Source: an uncultured virus (IMG/VR IMGVR_UViG_3300045119_000497) (lineage: Duplodnaviria; Heunggongvirae; Uroviricota; Caudoviricetes). Taken from it: 64,000 nucleotides of DNA. The position numbers were made by a program, and so were the translations under genes. Numbering within the stretch: position 1 is the first letter of the stretch; every line of letters begins with the position of its first letter. Below the pieces are notes generated by a model that was given only the letters and a program-made list of their open reading frames with translations, did no database searches and was not told the origin of the DNA. The stretch is taken from IMG/VR virus record IMGVR_UViG_3300045119_000497; one strand, written 5' to 3'. This document shows, one piece after another, positions 9,510-17,658 of the stretch.

Positions 9510-10018
9510 CGCCCCGCCGCTGCCCGCAGGCGAGCGCGAGCGCCCGGCACATCACCTTGTGGCCCACCCGCTGCCGGAACCAAGAGTCCGACCGCCGTCT
9601 TCACAACCGGCAGAAGCGTGGCCGCATCGGCCAGAAGTCGCGACACCGAACTCGGCAGACTCACGTTCTGAAGGACTGAAATCACGCTTCCAATCCCAGC
9701 TTCGAGCCGTTGGACGAGTGGCAAAGCGGCGGTCGTGGTTATAATTCCGCCGACCGCCGAACTCACGGCCTTCAGGTCCGCAACGACCGTCGAGACCGTA
9801 TTCGCCGTCGAATTCGAAACACCCTTGAGCGTCGTCACGACCGGCAACACTGCCGTCACCCCGTCAGCGATGGTCGAGATGTCGTCGAGAATCTTCTGCA
9901 GGTCGGCGTCCGAGAGGGTCTGGAGATTCTTCTGGAGACCCGTACATGCTGCCAAAGTGGCGAACATTGCGACGGAACCAAGAACCGACCGGCGAGTCAT
10001 TACGTTTTCCATAGCCAT
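9506..10018 (-). CDS. Lipoprotein with twin-arginine-like signal (possible spanin)
   Basis: MTRRSVLGSVAMFATLAA-C followed by amphipathic helices; directly downstream of the holin. Confidence 0.65.
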   Translation of the reverse strand: MAMENVMTRRSVLGSVAMFATLAACTGLQKNLQTLSDADLQKILDDISTIADGVTAVLPVVTTLKGVSNSTANTVSTVVADLKAVSSAVGGIITTTAALPLVQRLEAGIGSVISVLQNVSLPSSVSRLLADAATLLPVVKTAVGLLVPAAGGPQGDVPGARARLRAAAGR

Positions 10019-10028
10019 GTTTCCTTCT

Positions 10029-10403
10029 TTAGGGTTGTGGCGACTCGACCTGAGTCACCGGGGGTTGAACTTTCACCGTACTCGTTTCGGGAGTCACGAT
10101 CGTTGTGGTCGTTCCCGGCGGAGGCAACAACAGAGGCGTGCTGGTCGCAAGTGCCTCCGCGTTACTTGCGATCGTGTCGTCTTTCTTCTGACTGGAATTC
10201 GAGCTGCCGACCCAATAGCCGACGACAAGGACCGCCAGCGTTTTGATCGTCTCCATCAGATTCGAAAACGCCTGGCTCGGATCGACCTTCGCCCAATAAG
10301 AGAAAATCAATCCCATCGCGAAGAGAGTTAGGACGAAAACGGTGACGAGAAGCGCGCCCCAGGAGTTAAATCTCTTCAACCAGGTGTCGATTTGTCCATT
10401 CAT
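10029..10403 (-). CDS. Holin-like membrane protein
   Basis: Two hydrophobic segments and a GYWVGSS..S.KKD motif; follows the endolysin. Confidence 0.7.
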   Translation of the reverse strand: MNGQIDTWLKRFNSWGALLVTVFVLTLFAMGLIFSYWAKVDPSQAFSNLMETIKTLAVLVVGYWVGSSNSSQKKDDTIASNAEALATSTPLLLPPPGTTTTIVTPETSTVKVQPPVTQVESPQP

Positions 10404-10428
10404 TTGCCATGTTCCTTTTGTTGCCGTC

Positions 10429-10911
10429 CTATCCGACCGAAGCCGGTCGATACTTATCGTCGGGATACCAAGTGCCGGCGAAAAGTTTCGACTGATCTGC
10501 CACCGCGATTCGTTGGAGGTGATCGTAGTCGCGGAAGGAGTGCGGCCGATCCGGTGTTCCCCAATCACCGCCCCAAACAAGCCCATACTTCGCCGCGAGC
10601 CGACCCAGGACGGCGTAATTCGCCTTCCAGTTCACCGATCCCGCCACGACGATCCCCAGATCGCACGCGAGCCCATAGTGGTGAACCCCAACGGTCTTGA
10701 GTTGGGTCGCCCCGCGCTCGAAATAGACCTCCTGGAGTTCCTGCGACCGATAGGTCTCCAGGATCGTCAGTCTCGTTCCCTCGGCCGCCGCGTCGTCCAT
10801 GATCGACCGAACTGCCCGGCGAAACACGGGTTCGAGAAGGTTGATGTCCCGGACTGCGTTCATTGCATGGAATCGCATGTCCTTCCGAATCACATCGGTG
10901 TAGAAGCTCAC
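10429..10911 (-). CDS. Endolysin, peptidase M15 (L-Ala-D-Glu type)
   Basis: ETYRSQELQ, HHYGLACD, WGGDW, DYDHLQ. Confidence 0.9.
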   Translation of the reverse strand: MSFYTDVIRKDMRFHAMNAVRDINLLEPVFRRAVRSIMDDAAAEGTRLTILETYRSQELQEVYFERGATQLKTVGVHHYGLACDLGIVVAGSVNWKANYAVLGRLAAKYGLVWGGDWGTPDRPHSFRDYDHLQRIAVADQSKLFAGTWYPDDKYRPASVG

Positions 10912-10924
10912 GGAACTTTCCTCC

Positions 10925-11467
10925 CTATGCAGTTATATAGGCGACCGAACCGTTCAAAACGGTCGTGTTTGTGAAGTTCGTGTCGGCCAGCGCCGCCGAC
11001 CCTGCCGCGCCACTGTTACTCAAGGTAATGACCGACGCCCCGACCGGGACATTTCCAAGAATGCTCGTGATGCTCGACATGTTGGAATAGGACGTAATGT
11101 CGATTCCACCTGCGAGGTTTGTTCCGCCCGCATTGACCGGAAGTCCCGCAATTGTCGCCGCCCCGGTTGCCGAACCTTTGCTCGTCAACGTGATCGCCCA
11201 TTCCGCCACAACCAACTTACCGTTGCGAGAATACGACCCAGCCTGAACGCCGTAGGTGATCCCGGTAGTCGCCCCACCGAAGCGCAACGCGGGAGTCCAA
11301 GCCGCGTTAACCTGCGAATAGAAGAAATACGCCCCGCCGACCGTGACTCCATCCCCCATAACGAACGAGCCGTCGTCGGTATTGAGAACAAGCTCGCCGA
11401 ACGCCGGTGTGATGGCGGCGAGCTGAGCGGTCGTAACTCGCCGATGTTGAAGAATCCCTGCCATCAC
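10925..11467 (-). CDS. Tail fibre/receptor-binding protein with Mtd_N-like N-terminus
   Basis: LQHRR..GELVLNTD..MGDGVTVGG N-terminus; GSYSRNGKLV..IAGLP tip domain. Confidence 0.7.
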   Translation of the reverse strand: MMAGILQHRRVTTAQLAAITPAFGELVLNTDDGSFVMGDGVTVGGAYFFYSQVNAAWTPALRFGGATTGITYGVQAGSYSRNGKLVVAEWAITLTSKGSATGAATIAGLPVNAGGTNLAGGIDITSYSNMSSITSILGNVPVGASVITLSNSGAAGSAALADTNFTNTTVLNGSVAYITA

Positions 11468-12312
11468 ACCACCCCTAGGTCAATAGTGAACTCGGTCGGC
11501 GAACCCGCAGTGCCACCGCCGACGTTGAGGTCTAACACCCCCGCGGCGAGATTCAAGTCGACATTTCCGCCCGCATTGAGGGTCTGAACGATCGGATTCG
11601 CAGCCGGATTTTGTCCCGCTCCGTTCGGCGCATATGAATAGACGGTCGCCGCTGCGTCGCTCTGGAGCATTTGCCCGAACGTATTAAAGGACGGCAACTT
11701 GACGAAGATCGTTTGGTTTACGAAATTCGCAGGGTAGATGTATCGGAGCGGCGCGGGGTCGTTAGGACCGAATCGCGCAAAGGCCGAGCCGATCGCGTGC
11801 GACGAAATTGGCGTCGCATAAACGCCCCGGCGAAGATAGGTTAAGTCGTATTTGAAGGCCGCCGTGAGGGTGGCGGTTTCGTAACTAACCAACTCGCCAT
11901 CACAGTAACATAGGGTGACAAAGTTGTCCGCGTCGTCTTGCGTGGCGGACAAAAGTTGCCCTTCGCTCTCCGTGAGGTCAACAGAAAGAGTATTGGTCAG
12001 ATCCGGATCAGCGTGGTTCGCCAAGGTTGCCGTCAACAACCCCTGACGCGCCCCGCGATAAATAATTCCTGCGAGCGCATAGGTCGTTCCGTCGGTTGAC
12101 ACCTTAACCTGACACCCGCCCCAATCCGGGCCGCCTGAGGCGATGAGCCAAACCTCATGCGTTCCTGCCGTCAAAATCGGCGGCGGCTCGAACATGATCG
12201 GCTCGTTGGTGTCGCCTGGGTCGACAAGCATGGCGAGGTCTTCGCCAGTCGTCGCCAGCGTCGGATAAATCGGCGCTGTGAAAACACCGATTGGGGTGAT
12301 CGTACCGGGCAT
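11464..12312 (-). CDS. Tail tip protein, C-terminal half of a central fibre/J-like protein
   Basis: MFEPP, WGGCQV, YLRRG, VKLPSFN motifs of J-like C-terminal regions. Confidence 0.7.
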   Translation of the reverse strand: MPGTITPIGVFTAPIYPTLATTGEDLAMLVDPGDTNEPIMFEPPPILTAGTHEVWLIASGGPDWGGCQVKVSTDGTTYALAGIIYRGARQGLLTATLANHADPDLTNTLSVDLTESEGQLLSATQDDADNFVTLCYCDGELVSYETATLTAAFKYDLTYLRRGVYATPISSHAIGSAFARFGPNDPAPLRYIYPANFVNQTIFVKLPSFNTFGQMLQSDAAATVYSYAPNGAGQNPAANPIVQTLNAGGNVDLNLAAGVLDLNVGGGTAGSPTEFTIDLGVV

Positions 12313-12326
12313 CTACAACACTCTCG

Positions 12327-13670
12327 TCATGGTGTCAACCCCGGAATCTCTTCGGCAGTGATGGTCAACTCGCCGTTGTCGTCTTCTTCGATCTGAATAA
12401 CCCGCACCGACGCCCCCGACAGCCCGAGTGTGGTGTCGCTTAACAAAACGATGTCCATAGGTTCCAGTAGTGAGAACCGCCACCCGACCTTAAACTTGTA
12501 GGTATTGAGGATATAATTCTTGCGCTGGAGTAGAAGCTGCCCGGAGATCCCAGCGCTTGTCGGATTGGTAAACTCATGGGCTTGGACCGGAGGCTCAGTA
12601 TGTTGCCCAAGAACGTCGATCAATCCCTGATCGAAGACCGGAACCACCTGCGGGTTGTAGTTTCCGCCACTGTCCATATACTCCACGCTGCCCCAATTCG
12701 GTGCAACAAGAGGATCGGAGCGGGTGACTATGACCGGCCCGCTGTCGGGACCAAAGCTGATATAATCGTCATCGGTGAAACTATATTGCCACGTCAAGTC
12801 GGGCGTCCACGTCGCTCCGTTCGCGTTCAAAGTGCTGTCGCCATAGGGAATGATCTTCAAAAGGCTCCCCGACCAAACCACCGCGCAGGAAGTCAATTGG
12901 GCAATCTCCTCAATCCACCGAGCGCAAGGCTGCGAGCGGTCGAGAATGAGCGACATGGCAAGCTGTGCGGCCTGGCAATACGTGCCGAAGTCCGCGATCG
13001 ACCCGGCGATGTCGAGATTCCCCGACGGAAACCCCGCACCGTAGCGCGTGTTGGTCAACAAATCTGTGACGATAAAAGATGGATTGGCATCGTCGGGATA
13101 CGTAGCTCCGACCGTTCCAACTCCCGGTCCAGCGACTTCGACGGAGAAGTTCGGCAAGGCCGGGCTCGACCCGAGTTGAATCGGGGTCCCCGTTGCATAG
13201 GCCGTTCCGGAATATCCCAAGACCGGCGTATTTGTGTCCTTGCTAACAAAGACCGGATCAGGCGCCTGGCCGTCGGCGCCGGTATAGACGTTTATCGAAA
13301 CCAAATTTATAAATGAAACCGATCCGTTTGCCCAGATTCGATTCCAGCCACCAAAACCATGGACGGCGCCTGTGAACGACACTTCACCCTGACACAAAGC
13401 GAAAGCGACGTAGACGGAAAAGTTTCCGTTTCCGTTTCCTTTTTTGCCTCCTGAGCTCCCGAGTCCTTTTCCACCCTTACCCTGACTGTTAGCGAATCCT
13501 TGGGGGTCCCAAAACTCAATCAAGTTCACCGTAACCCGCTGGGTCCCATAGACTATGGGAATGACCGAGCCGGCCTCGGACGTATTATATCGCAGGGACT
13601 GAACCTGGGCGTGGTCGAATGCGTTCGTGAACGGTTGCGGGGTGTTACCGCCCACCGGAACCGTCTCCAA
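12327..13670 (-). CDS. Tail tip attachment/hub protein (Phage-tail_3, J-like N-terminal half)
   Basis: IPIVYG, ALCQG, LPNFSVEV, NPSFIVTDLLTN.RYG, LLEPMDIV. Confidence 0.8.
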   Translation of the reverse strand: METVPVGGNTPQPFTNAFDHAQVQSLRYNTSEAGSVIPIVYGTQRVTVNLIEFWDPQGFANSQGKGGKGLGSSGGKKGNGNGNFSVYVAFALCQGEVSFTGAVHGFGGWNRIWANGSVSFINLVSINVYTGADGQAPDPVFVSKDTNTPVLGYSGTAYATGTPIQLGSSPALPNFSVEVAGPGVGTVGATYPDDANPSFIVTDLLTNTRYGAGFPSGNLDIAGSIADFGTYCQAAQLAMSLILDRSQPCARWIEEIAQLTSCAVVWSGSLLKIIPYGDSTLNANGATWTPDLTWQYSFTDDDYISFGPDSGPVIVTRSDPLVAPNWGSVEYMDSGGNYNPQVVPVFDQGLIDVLGQHTEPPVQAHEFTNPTSAGISGQLLLQRKNYILNTYKFKVGWRFSLLEPMDIVLLSDTTLGLSGASVRVIQIEEDDNGELTITAEEIPGLTP

Positions 13671-14097
13671 ACGCCGAGAAGAACTTGACCGGATGGTCGC
13701 GAAGGGGCTTCAAGTTAACGTCGCCCCACACCACCCCGTTGTTCCAATCTGCGTGAATGACACGGGGCCATTCGACCACGATCGCCCCATGCCAGAAGAT
13801 CCGGGTGAGTTTGAACAAAGCAACGTCGCCTGGCCCGGGTGGGCCAGGAATTTCGGTTAGATACTTCAAAAGACCTTCGTAGTACGTTTCATCGTCACGG
13901 TGGAGGTGAAAGTCGGGACTGTAGTGGGGAATTTTGATTTCGCCAATGATTCCGACGTTCTGCGCCACGCCGACGAGAAGCTGAAGGCAGTCGACCCCGG
14001 CACCTTTGATTCGTGCCTCGTGATGGAACGGAGTTCCGATCCAAGACTTGGCTTCGGTGACAATGGCCGCGCGGCGAGGGTCGAGATTATCCGACAT
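13645..14097 (-). CDS. NlpC/P60 tail-associated peptidase
   Basis: AKSWIGTPFHH, GVDC, HGAI, IHA; GTA-like position. Confidence 0.9.
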   Translation of the reverse strand: MSDNLDPRRAAIVTEAKSWIGTPFHHEARIKGAGVDCLQLLVGVAQNVGIIGEIKIPHYSPDFHLHRDDETYYEGLLKYLTEIPGPPGPGDVALFKLTRIFWHGAIVVEWPRVIHADWNNGVVWGDVNLKPLRDHPVKFFSAFGDGSGGR

Positions 14098-14428
14098 CGC
14101 CAGTCGCTGGATCAAATCGGAATGGATAACTTGGATCGCGGGCAGCAGCGACCCAGAGCGGCTCTTTTTCGGTGCTGTAGTTTCGATCGTCAACAAGAAT
14201 CTCGACTTGCCCGCTTTTGCGAATGATCACGTAGTCCTCGGCGAAATGATCGAAGTGGGGCTCGCCAGTCTCACAATTGATTAGGGGCGCCTCGATCCAA
14301 CCTTCATCGTCATCTGCGGCCTGCACAATAAAGACTCTGTGTCCGTCCAATGTAAAAATAAGATTCGCGTTCGGCGGAACAAACGTACCATCTTTGAGAA
14401 AATAGTCGTCAATGAGATAGCGGCTCAT
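14087..14428 (-). CDS. hypothetical protein inserted in the tail-tip module
   Basis: Acidic ORF overlapping both neighbours. Confidence 0.55.
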   Translation of the reverse strand: MSRYLIDDYFLKDGTFVPPNANLIFTLDGHRVFIVQAADDDEGWIEAPLINCETGEPHFDHFAEDYVIIRKSGQVEILVDDRNYSTEKEPLWVAAARDPSYPFRFDPATGDVG

Positions 14429-15369
14429 ACGGCATTCTCCGGTGGTGGGATGAAGGGAAACCCGCCGAATCGTAGGATGTTCTGCAAGTCGTTATTACAC
14501 CGCGCCGTCGTGTGGTCGCAGCCCGGGCGAACGTGAAAGGTGTCGCCGACCGCGATTGGATAAATCCAGGCTTTGAAGAATCCAAGGTTGTTGCCACTGA
14601 CCGCCGAAATTGTCCGCGTGAACCCAGCATTCTTCCCGGTCACGCCAATGCACGTGCCCTGGACATAGTTCGGCGGCGTCGCAGTGCAGACAAGAACCCC
14701 CTGCGACGTTCCGGTGTCGGCAGCGACAGTCGCCTGCCCAATTCCAGTCGAAACACCGAGTGCGTTCTTGCCAAGGATCGGATCATAGCCGCACATCGGC
14801 CCACCGAAGACGTGATTACAGGCAGCCTGAAAAAGCCTCTTTGGCATCTGTTGGATCGACAACAAATTAATCAGCGACTTAACTTTCATATGAATCGACG
14901 TGCGGTCCATGTCGCAAGTAGAGACCTTGCCATAGAACCAAAGCAAGGTGCCCAGGCTTGTGTCGGGCTCCCCGGCGTCACCAACGTCCCGTGCAAAGAA
15001 CCGATCCAACTCCACCGTGGCGTCGTCAAAAAGCCCCAACCTCACTGCGTTGGCGAACGTGAAGGTCGAGGAGATCAGGTCGCTCGCGCCGGCGATTATG
15101 TCAATATCCAGTTCCGTGGCTTCCACTCCGACCTTGTTAATCGCCTTCGACCGCTTGAATCCCGGTCCAACGGAGAAGGTCCGATCCGCCCCGACGTTTA
15201 TGCTGCCGGTCGGAAACCCCACCGCCGGCACAGTTATTGCCGAGGCCCCGCTTGTGTAGCGATACGTTTCGCCCCCATTCAACACAAACGTATAGAGGTC
15301 CAGCTGAACGCATTGTAGGAACTGTGGGTTGTCCAAGAACGCTGCAAGGGCCGCGGAACACGGGCGCAT
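14425..15369 (-). CDS. DUF2163/BR0599-type baseplate hub protein
   Basis: GLFDDA, CNHVFGGPMC, PGCDHTTARC..RFGGFPFIP. Confidence 0.88.
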   Translation of the reverse strand: MRPCSAALAAFLDNPQFLQCVQLDLYTFVLNGGETYRYTSGASAITVPAVGFPTGSINVGADRTFSVGPGFKRSKAINKVGVEATELDIDIIAGASDLISSTFTFANAVRLGLFDDATVELDRFFARDVGDAGEPDTSLGTLLWFYGKVSTCDMDRTSIHMKVKSLINLLSIQQMPKRLFQAACNHVFGGPMCGYDPILGKNALGVSTGIGQATVAADTGTSQGVLVCTATPPNYVQGTCIGVTGKNAGFTRTISAVSGNNLGFFKAWIYPIAVGDTFHVRPGCDHTTARCNNDLQNILRFGGFPFIPPPENAV

Positions 15370-15381
15370 CGAACTTCGACC

Positions 15382-16374
15382 TCAGATGAGAATCGGAATC
15401 GTACCGGACAGGCTGGACAGCGTTGCGTCGGTACGGGCGGGATAGATCGACAACACGTCTCCCGGAAGGAAAGTTTGCTCTCCGCAGGTTCCGAACGTCG
15501 CTACGGTTCCGCTCGCAGCGAAAGTTGCAATCATAAACAACGATCCGTTTTTGAAAAACTCGATGCCGGTCGAAGAGGTCGCCGCAAACAGAGCGGTTAG
15601 GTAACTTCCCGGCATATTCGCCGGGATCGTGAACGGAATTCCACACGTATAGAGAAGCAATGGGTTGTTCAATGTTGGTGGAAGGTCGATGTAGTCCCAA
15701 CTAATAGTGTCTACTGCCATCGGCGGAACTCCATCAAGGACACTTACCAGCTTAACCTGCTTGAGAGACCAAAGTTGATAAAGAAAGTTCTCAAACTCCA
15801 GCGAATCCTCGGCAAACGTCACACGGAAGTAGTAGGTGAAATCTGCCGTCACGACCCATCCAATGAACGGGGTGTTACCGACGAAGGTAATAACCCCAGT
15901 GTTGTAATTGACCAAATAGGTCGATGGCGACTGGAGAATCCCGTTGAAATAAACCGCGGAGACCAATTTTGGTGAAATTATCTTCTCGTCGAACCCATTC
16001 ATCGTCCGAACGAGTTGGAAGCCAGCATTTACTCCGTCACCGACCCCAATTCGTTGACCCGTGATCTGATTGTCGCTTGGGTCATTGAACAAAAATGGGG
16101 TAAACTTCCCCCGCATCCTGAGGAAGAACCCTTGAATGGTTCGCAACTCGTCGTAGGTCAAACCGTTCCCAGGATTGCCAAGACCCCCGAAGCCGCGCAG
16201 GTCCCACTTGTCGCGCAAAATAGTGTAATTCAGCGTATAGGTATAGATCGGATATGGCTGGTCGATGACCCGCAAAACCCGGCCCGAGATCGACTTCTGC
16301 TCCCGCGTTGCGAACGCAGGGGCTTTGAAGGTCGAAAATGCGAGGCCGGGGAGATCGGGGTAAACTTGGAACAT
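15382..16374 (-). CDS. DUF2460 distal tail protein with C-terminal extension
   Basis: GFFLRMRG..FLFNDPSD, GVGDG..FQLVR, TADFTYYFRV.F. Confidence 0.85.
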   Translation of the reverse strand: MFQVYPDLPGLAFSTFKAPAFATREQKSISGRVLRVIDQPYPIYTYTLNYTILRDKWDLRGFGGLGNPGNGLTYDELRTIQGFFLRMRGKFTPFLFNDPSDNQITGQRIGVGDGVNAGFQLVRTMNGFDEKIISPKLVSAVYFNGILQSPSTYLVNYNTGVITFVGNTPFIGWVVTADFTYYFRVTFAEDSLEFENFLYQLWSLKQVKLVSVLDGVPPMAVDTISWDYIDLPPTLNNPLLLYTCGIPFTIPANMPGSYLTALFAATSSTGIEFFKNGSLFMIATFAASGTVATFGTCGEQTFLPGDVLSIYPARTDATLSSLSGTIPILI

Positions 16375-16625
16375 TATTTCTTCGGCGCGTTTAGGTTTGT
16401 TCCGGGGGCGCCAGGAGTGCGAGGCGTCTTCGACTCACCCCCATCTTCTTTTTTCAGCTCTGCCAATTCTTTCTCGACAGCGGTGAGTCGTTCTCGCAGC
16501 CGCATCGCGGTGATGGTGCAGACCGCCAGACCTTCCTCAGTTGCGGTCATTTGCATCTGGGCGGGCGCAGGAGACGAGACGAAAATAATCCCCGCCACGA
16601 CGGCGATTGTCCTGGTCTTTTCCAT
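16374..16625 (-). CDS. Small signal-peptide coiled-coil protein
   Basis: MEKTRTIAVVAGIIFVSSPAPA-Q followed by a coiled coil. Confidence 0.55.
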   Translation of the reverse strand: MEKTRTIAVVAGIIFVSSPAPAQMQMTATEEGLAVCTITAMRLRERLTAVEKELAELKKEDGGESKTPRTPGAPGTNLNAPKK

Positions 16626-16628
16626 CTC

Positions 16629-17651
16629 TTAGCACCCCGTAAACGATGTAATAAGGCCGCCCTTGATCGTGACTGTCGCCCCCGCCACCGCAACGGTGCA
16701 ACTCGTGATTCCGCTAAACCCCGCACTCTTGTAAACGCCCGTCGCAACGACGTTACTGAGCGCCGTGAGATCCGAACTGACCGACAAAGAAGAATTAAAG
16801 GTCGACGGTGCATCCACCGTCACCGCCCCGACTAGATGCGTTGTGTCAGCAACCACCAACCGATAGTCCACATTCGTTATGATCGAATCCGCAGAATTTC
16901 CAAGATGGATTTGATTCGAGGCATCGAACGAAAGTAGCGACGTTTCGGTAAAGGTGGAGTGCTTGTAGCCATTTATGGACTGGGCGTTTGGCAGGACCAA
17001 GTGGTTGTTGCAACTCAACACGAATGCGGCGTTCGTTGGAAAAGCCTGGCCGTGTTGACCGTCGGTGAAAGACACAGCTTCGCAGACACCCATACCCCCA
17101 AGAACCACCTCGAATTGGTATCCGTAGCCCGTGTCGCCGATGGTCTTCCCGTAGCCTTCGGTGCCGATGACTAACCGAGCTTCGCCGGTGGGATCGGTGA
17201 CCGGAATGCCGGTGTAGCCCTCGACTGCTAAGAATCCATAATTTCCGTTAACCGGCGCAAAAACCTGGAAAATTGTTCCGGTGTTTGCCGGACTCACCGC
17301 AACAAGCGAGAGGGTGTCGTGGAATGTTGGGTCGGGAATCAGGAACGGACCAAGCGAACCACTGAACGACAAGCCATGGCCATTCAACAGCGTGTCGTGG
17401 CTCGCCGCGCCAATGTTCAGGTTGTTGTTTGTATCGACGTAAATTTCATTCAAATTACCGTTGTTCGCGGCGTTCCGCCAGATAAGCTTCCCGGTGTTGT
17501 TCGGGATCGGCTTCGCCAACATGTTTGTCCAAAAATCCGGCATCTTCGGGTTCGTGCCGTCGCGCAACAGGCCGGGCGCCTGGGCAGAGGCGACACTTGA
17601 CCATAACAGGGCGGCCCCAATTGCGAAGGCAAGTCCAAACTTTCGGTTCAT
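16629..17651 (-). CDS. Signal-peptide-bearing fibre-like beta protein
   Basis: MNRKFGLAFAIGAALLWSSVASA-Q; beta-rich; ends TVTIKGGLITSFTGC. Confidence 0.7.
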   Translation of the reverse strand: MNRKFGLAFAIGAALLWSSVASAQAPGLLRDGTNPKMPDFWTNMLAKPIPNNTGKLIWRNAANNGNLNEIYVDTNNNLNIGAASHDTLLNGHGLSFSGSLGPFLIPDPTFHDTLSLVAVSPANTGTIFQVFAPVNGNYGFLAVEGYTGIPVTDPTGEARLVIGTEGYGKTIGDTGYGYQFEVVLGGMGVCEAVSFTDGQHGQAFPTNAAFVLSCNNHLVLPNAQSINGYKHSTFTETSLLSFDASNQIHLGNSADSIITNVDYRLVVADTTHLVGAVTVDAPSTFNSSLSVSSDLTALSNVVATGVYKSAGFSGITSCTVAVAGATVTIKGGLITSFTGC

Positions 17652-17658
17652 TTTGTCC

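Noticed and set aside
10366..10410. Out-of-frame upstream ORF (MANEWTNRHLVEEI) overlapping the holin start as an antiholin or regulator
   Set aside because: Its ATG is too close to the RBS and there is no supporting evidence.
10925..11467. Mtd_N-like domain suggesting a diversity-generating retroelement
   Set aside because: No reverse transcriptase and no template/variable repeat pair seen in the window; the domain is common in ordinary fibres.
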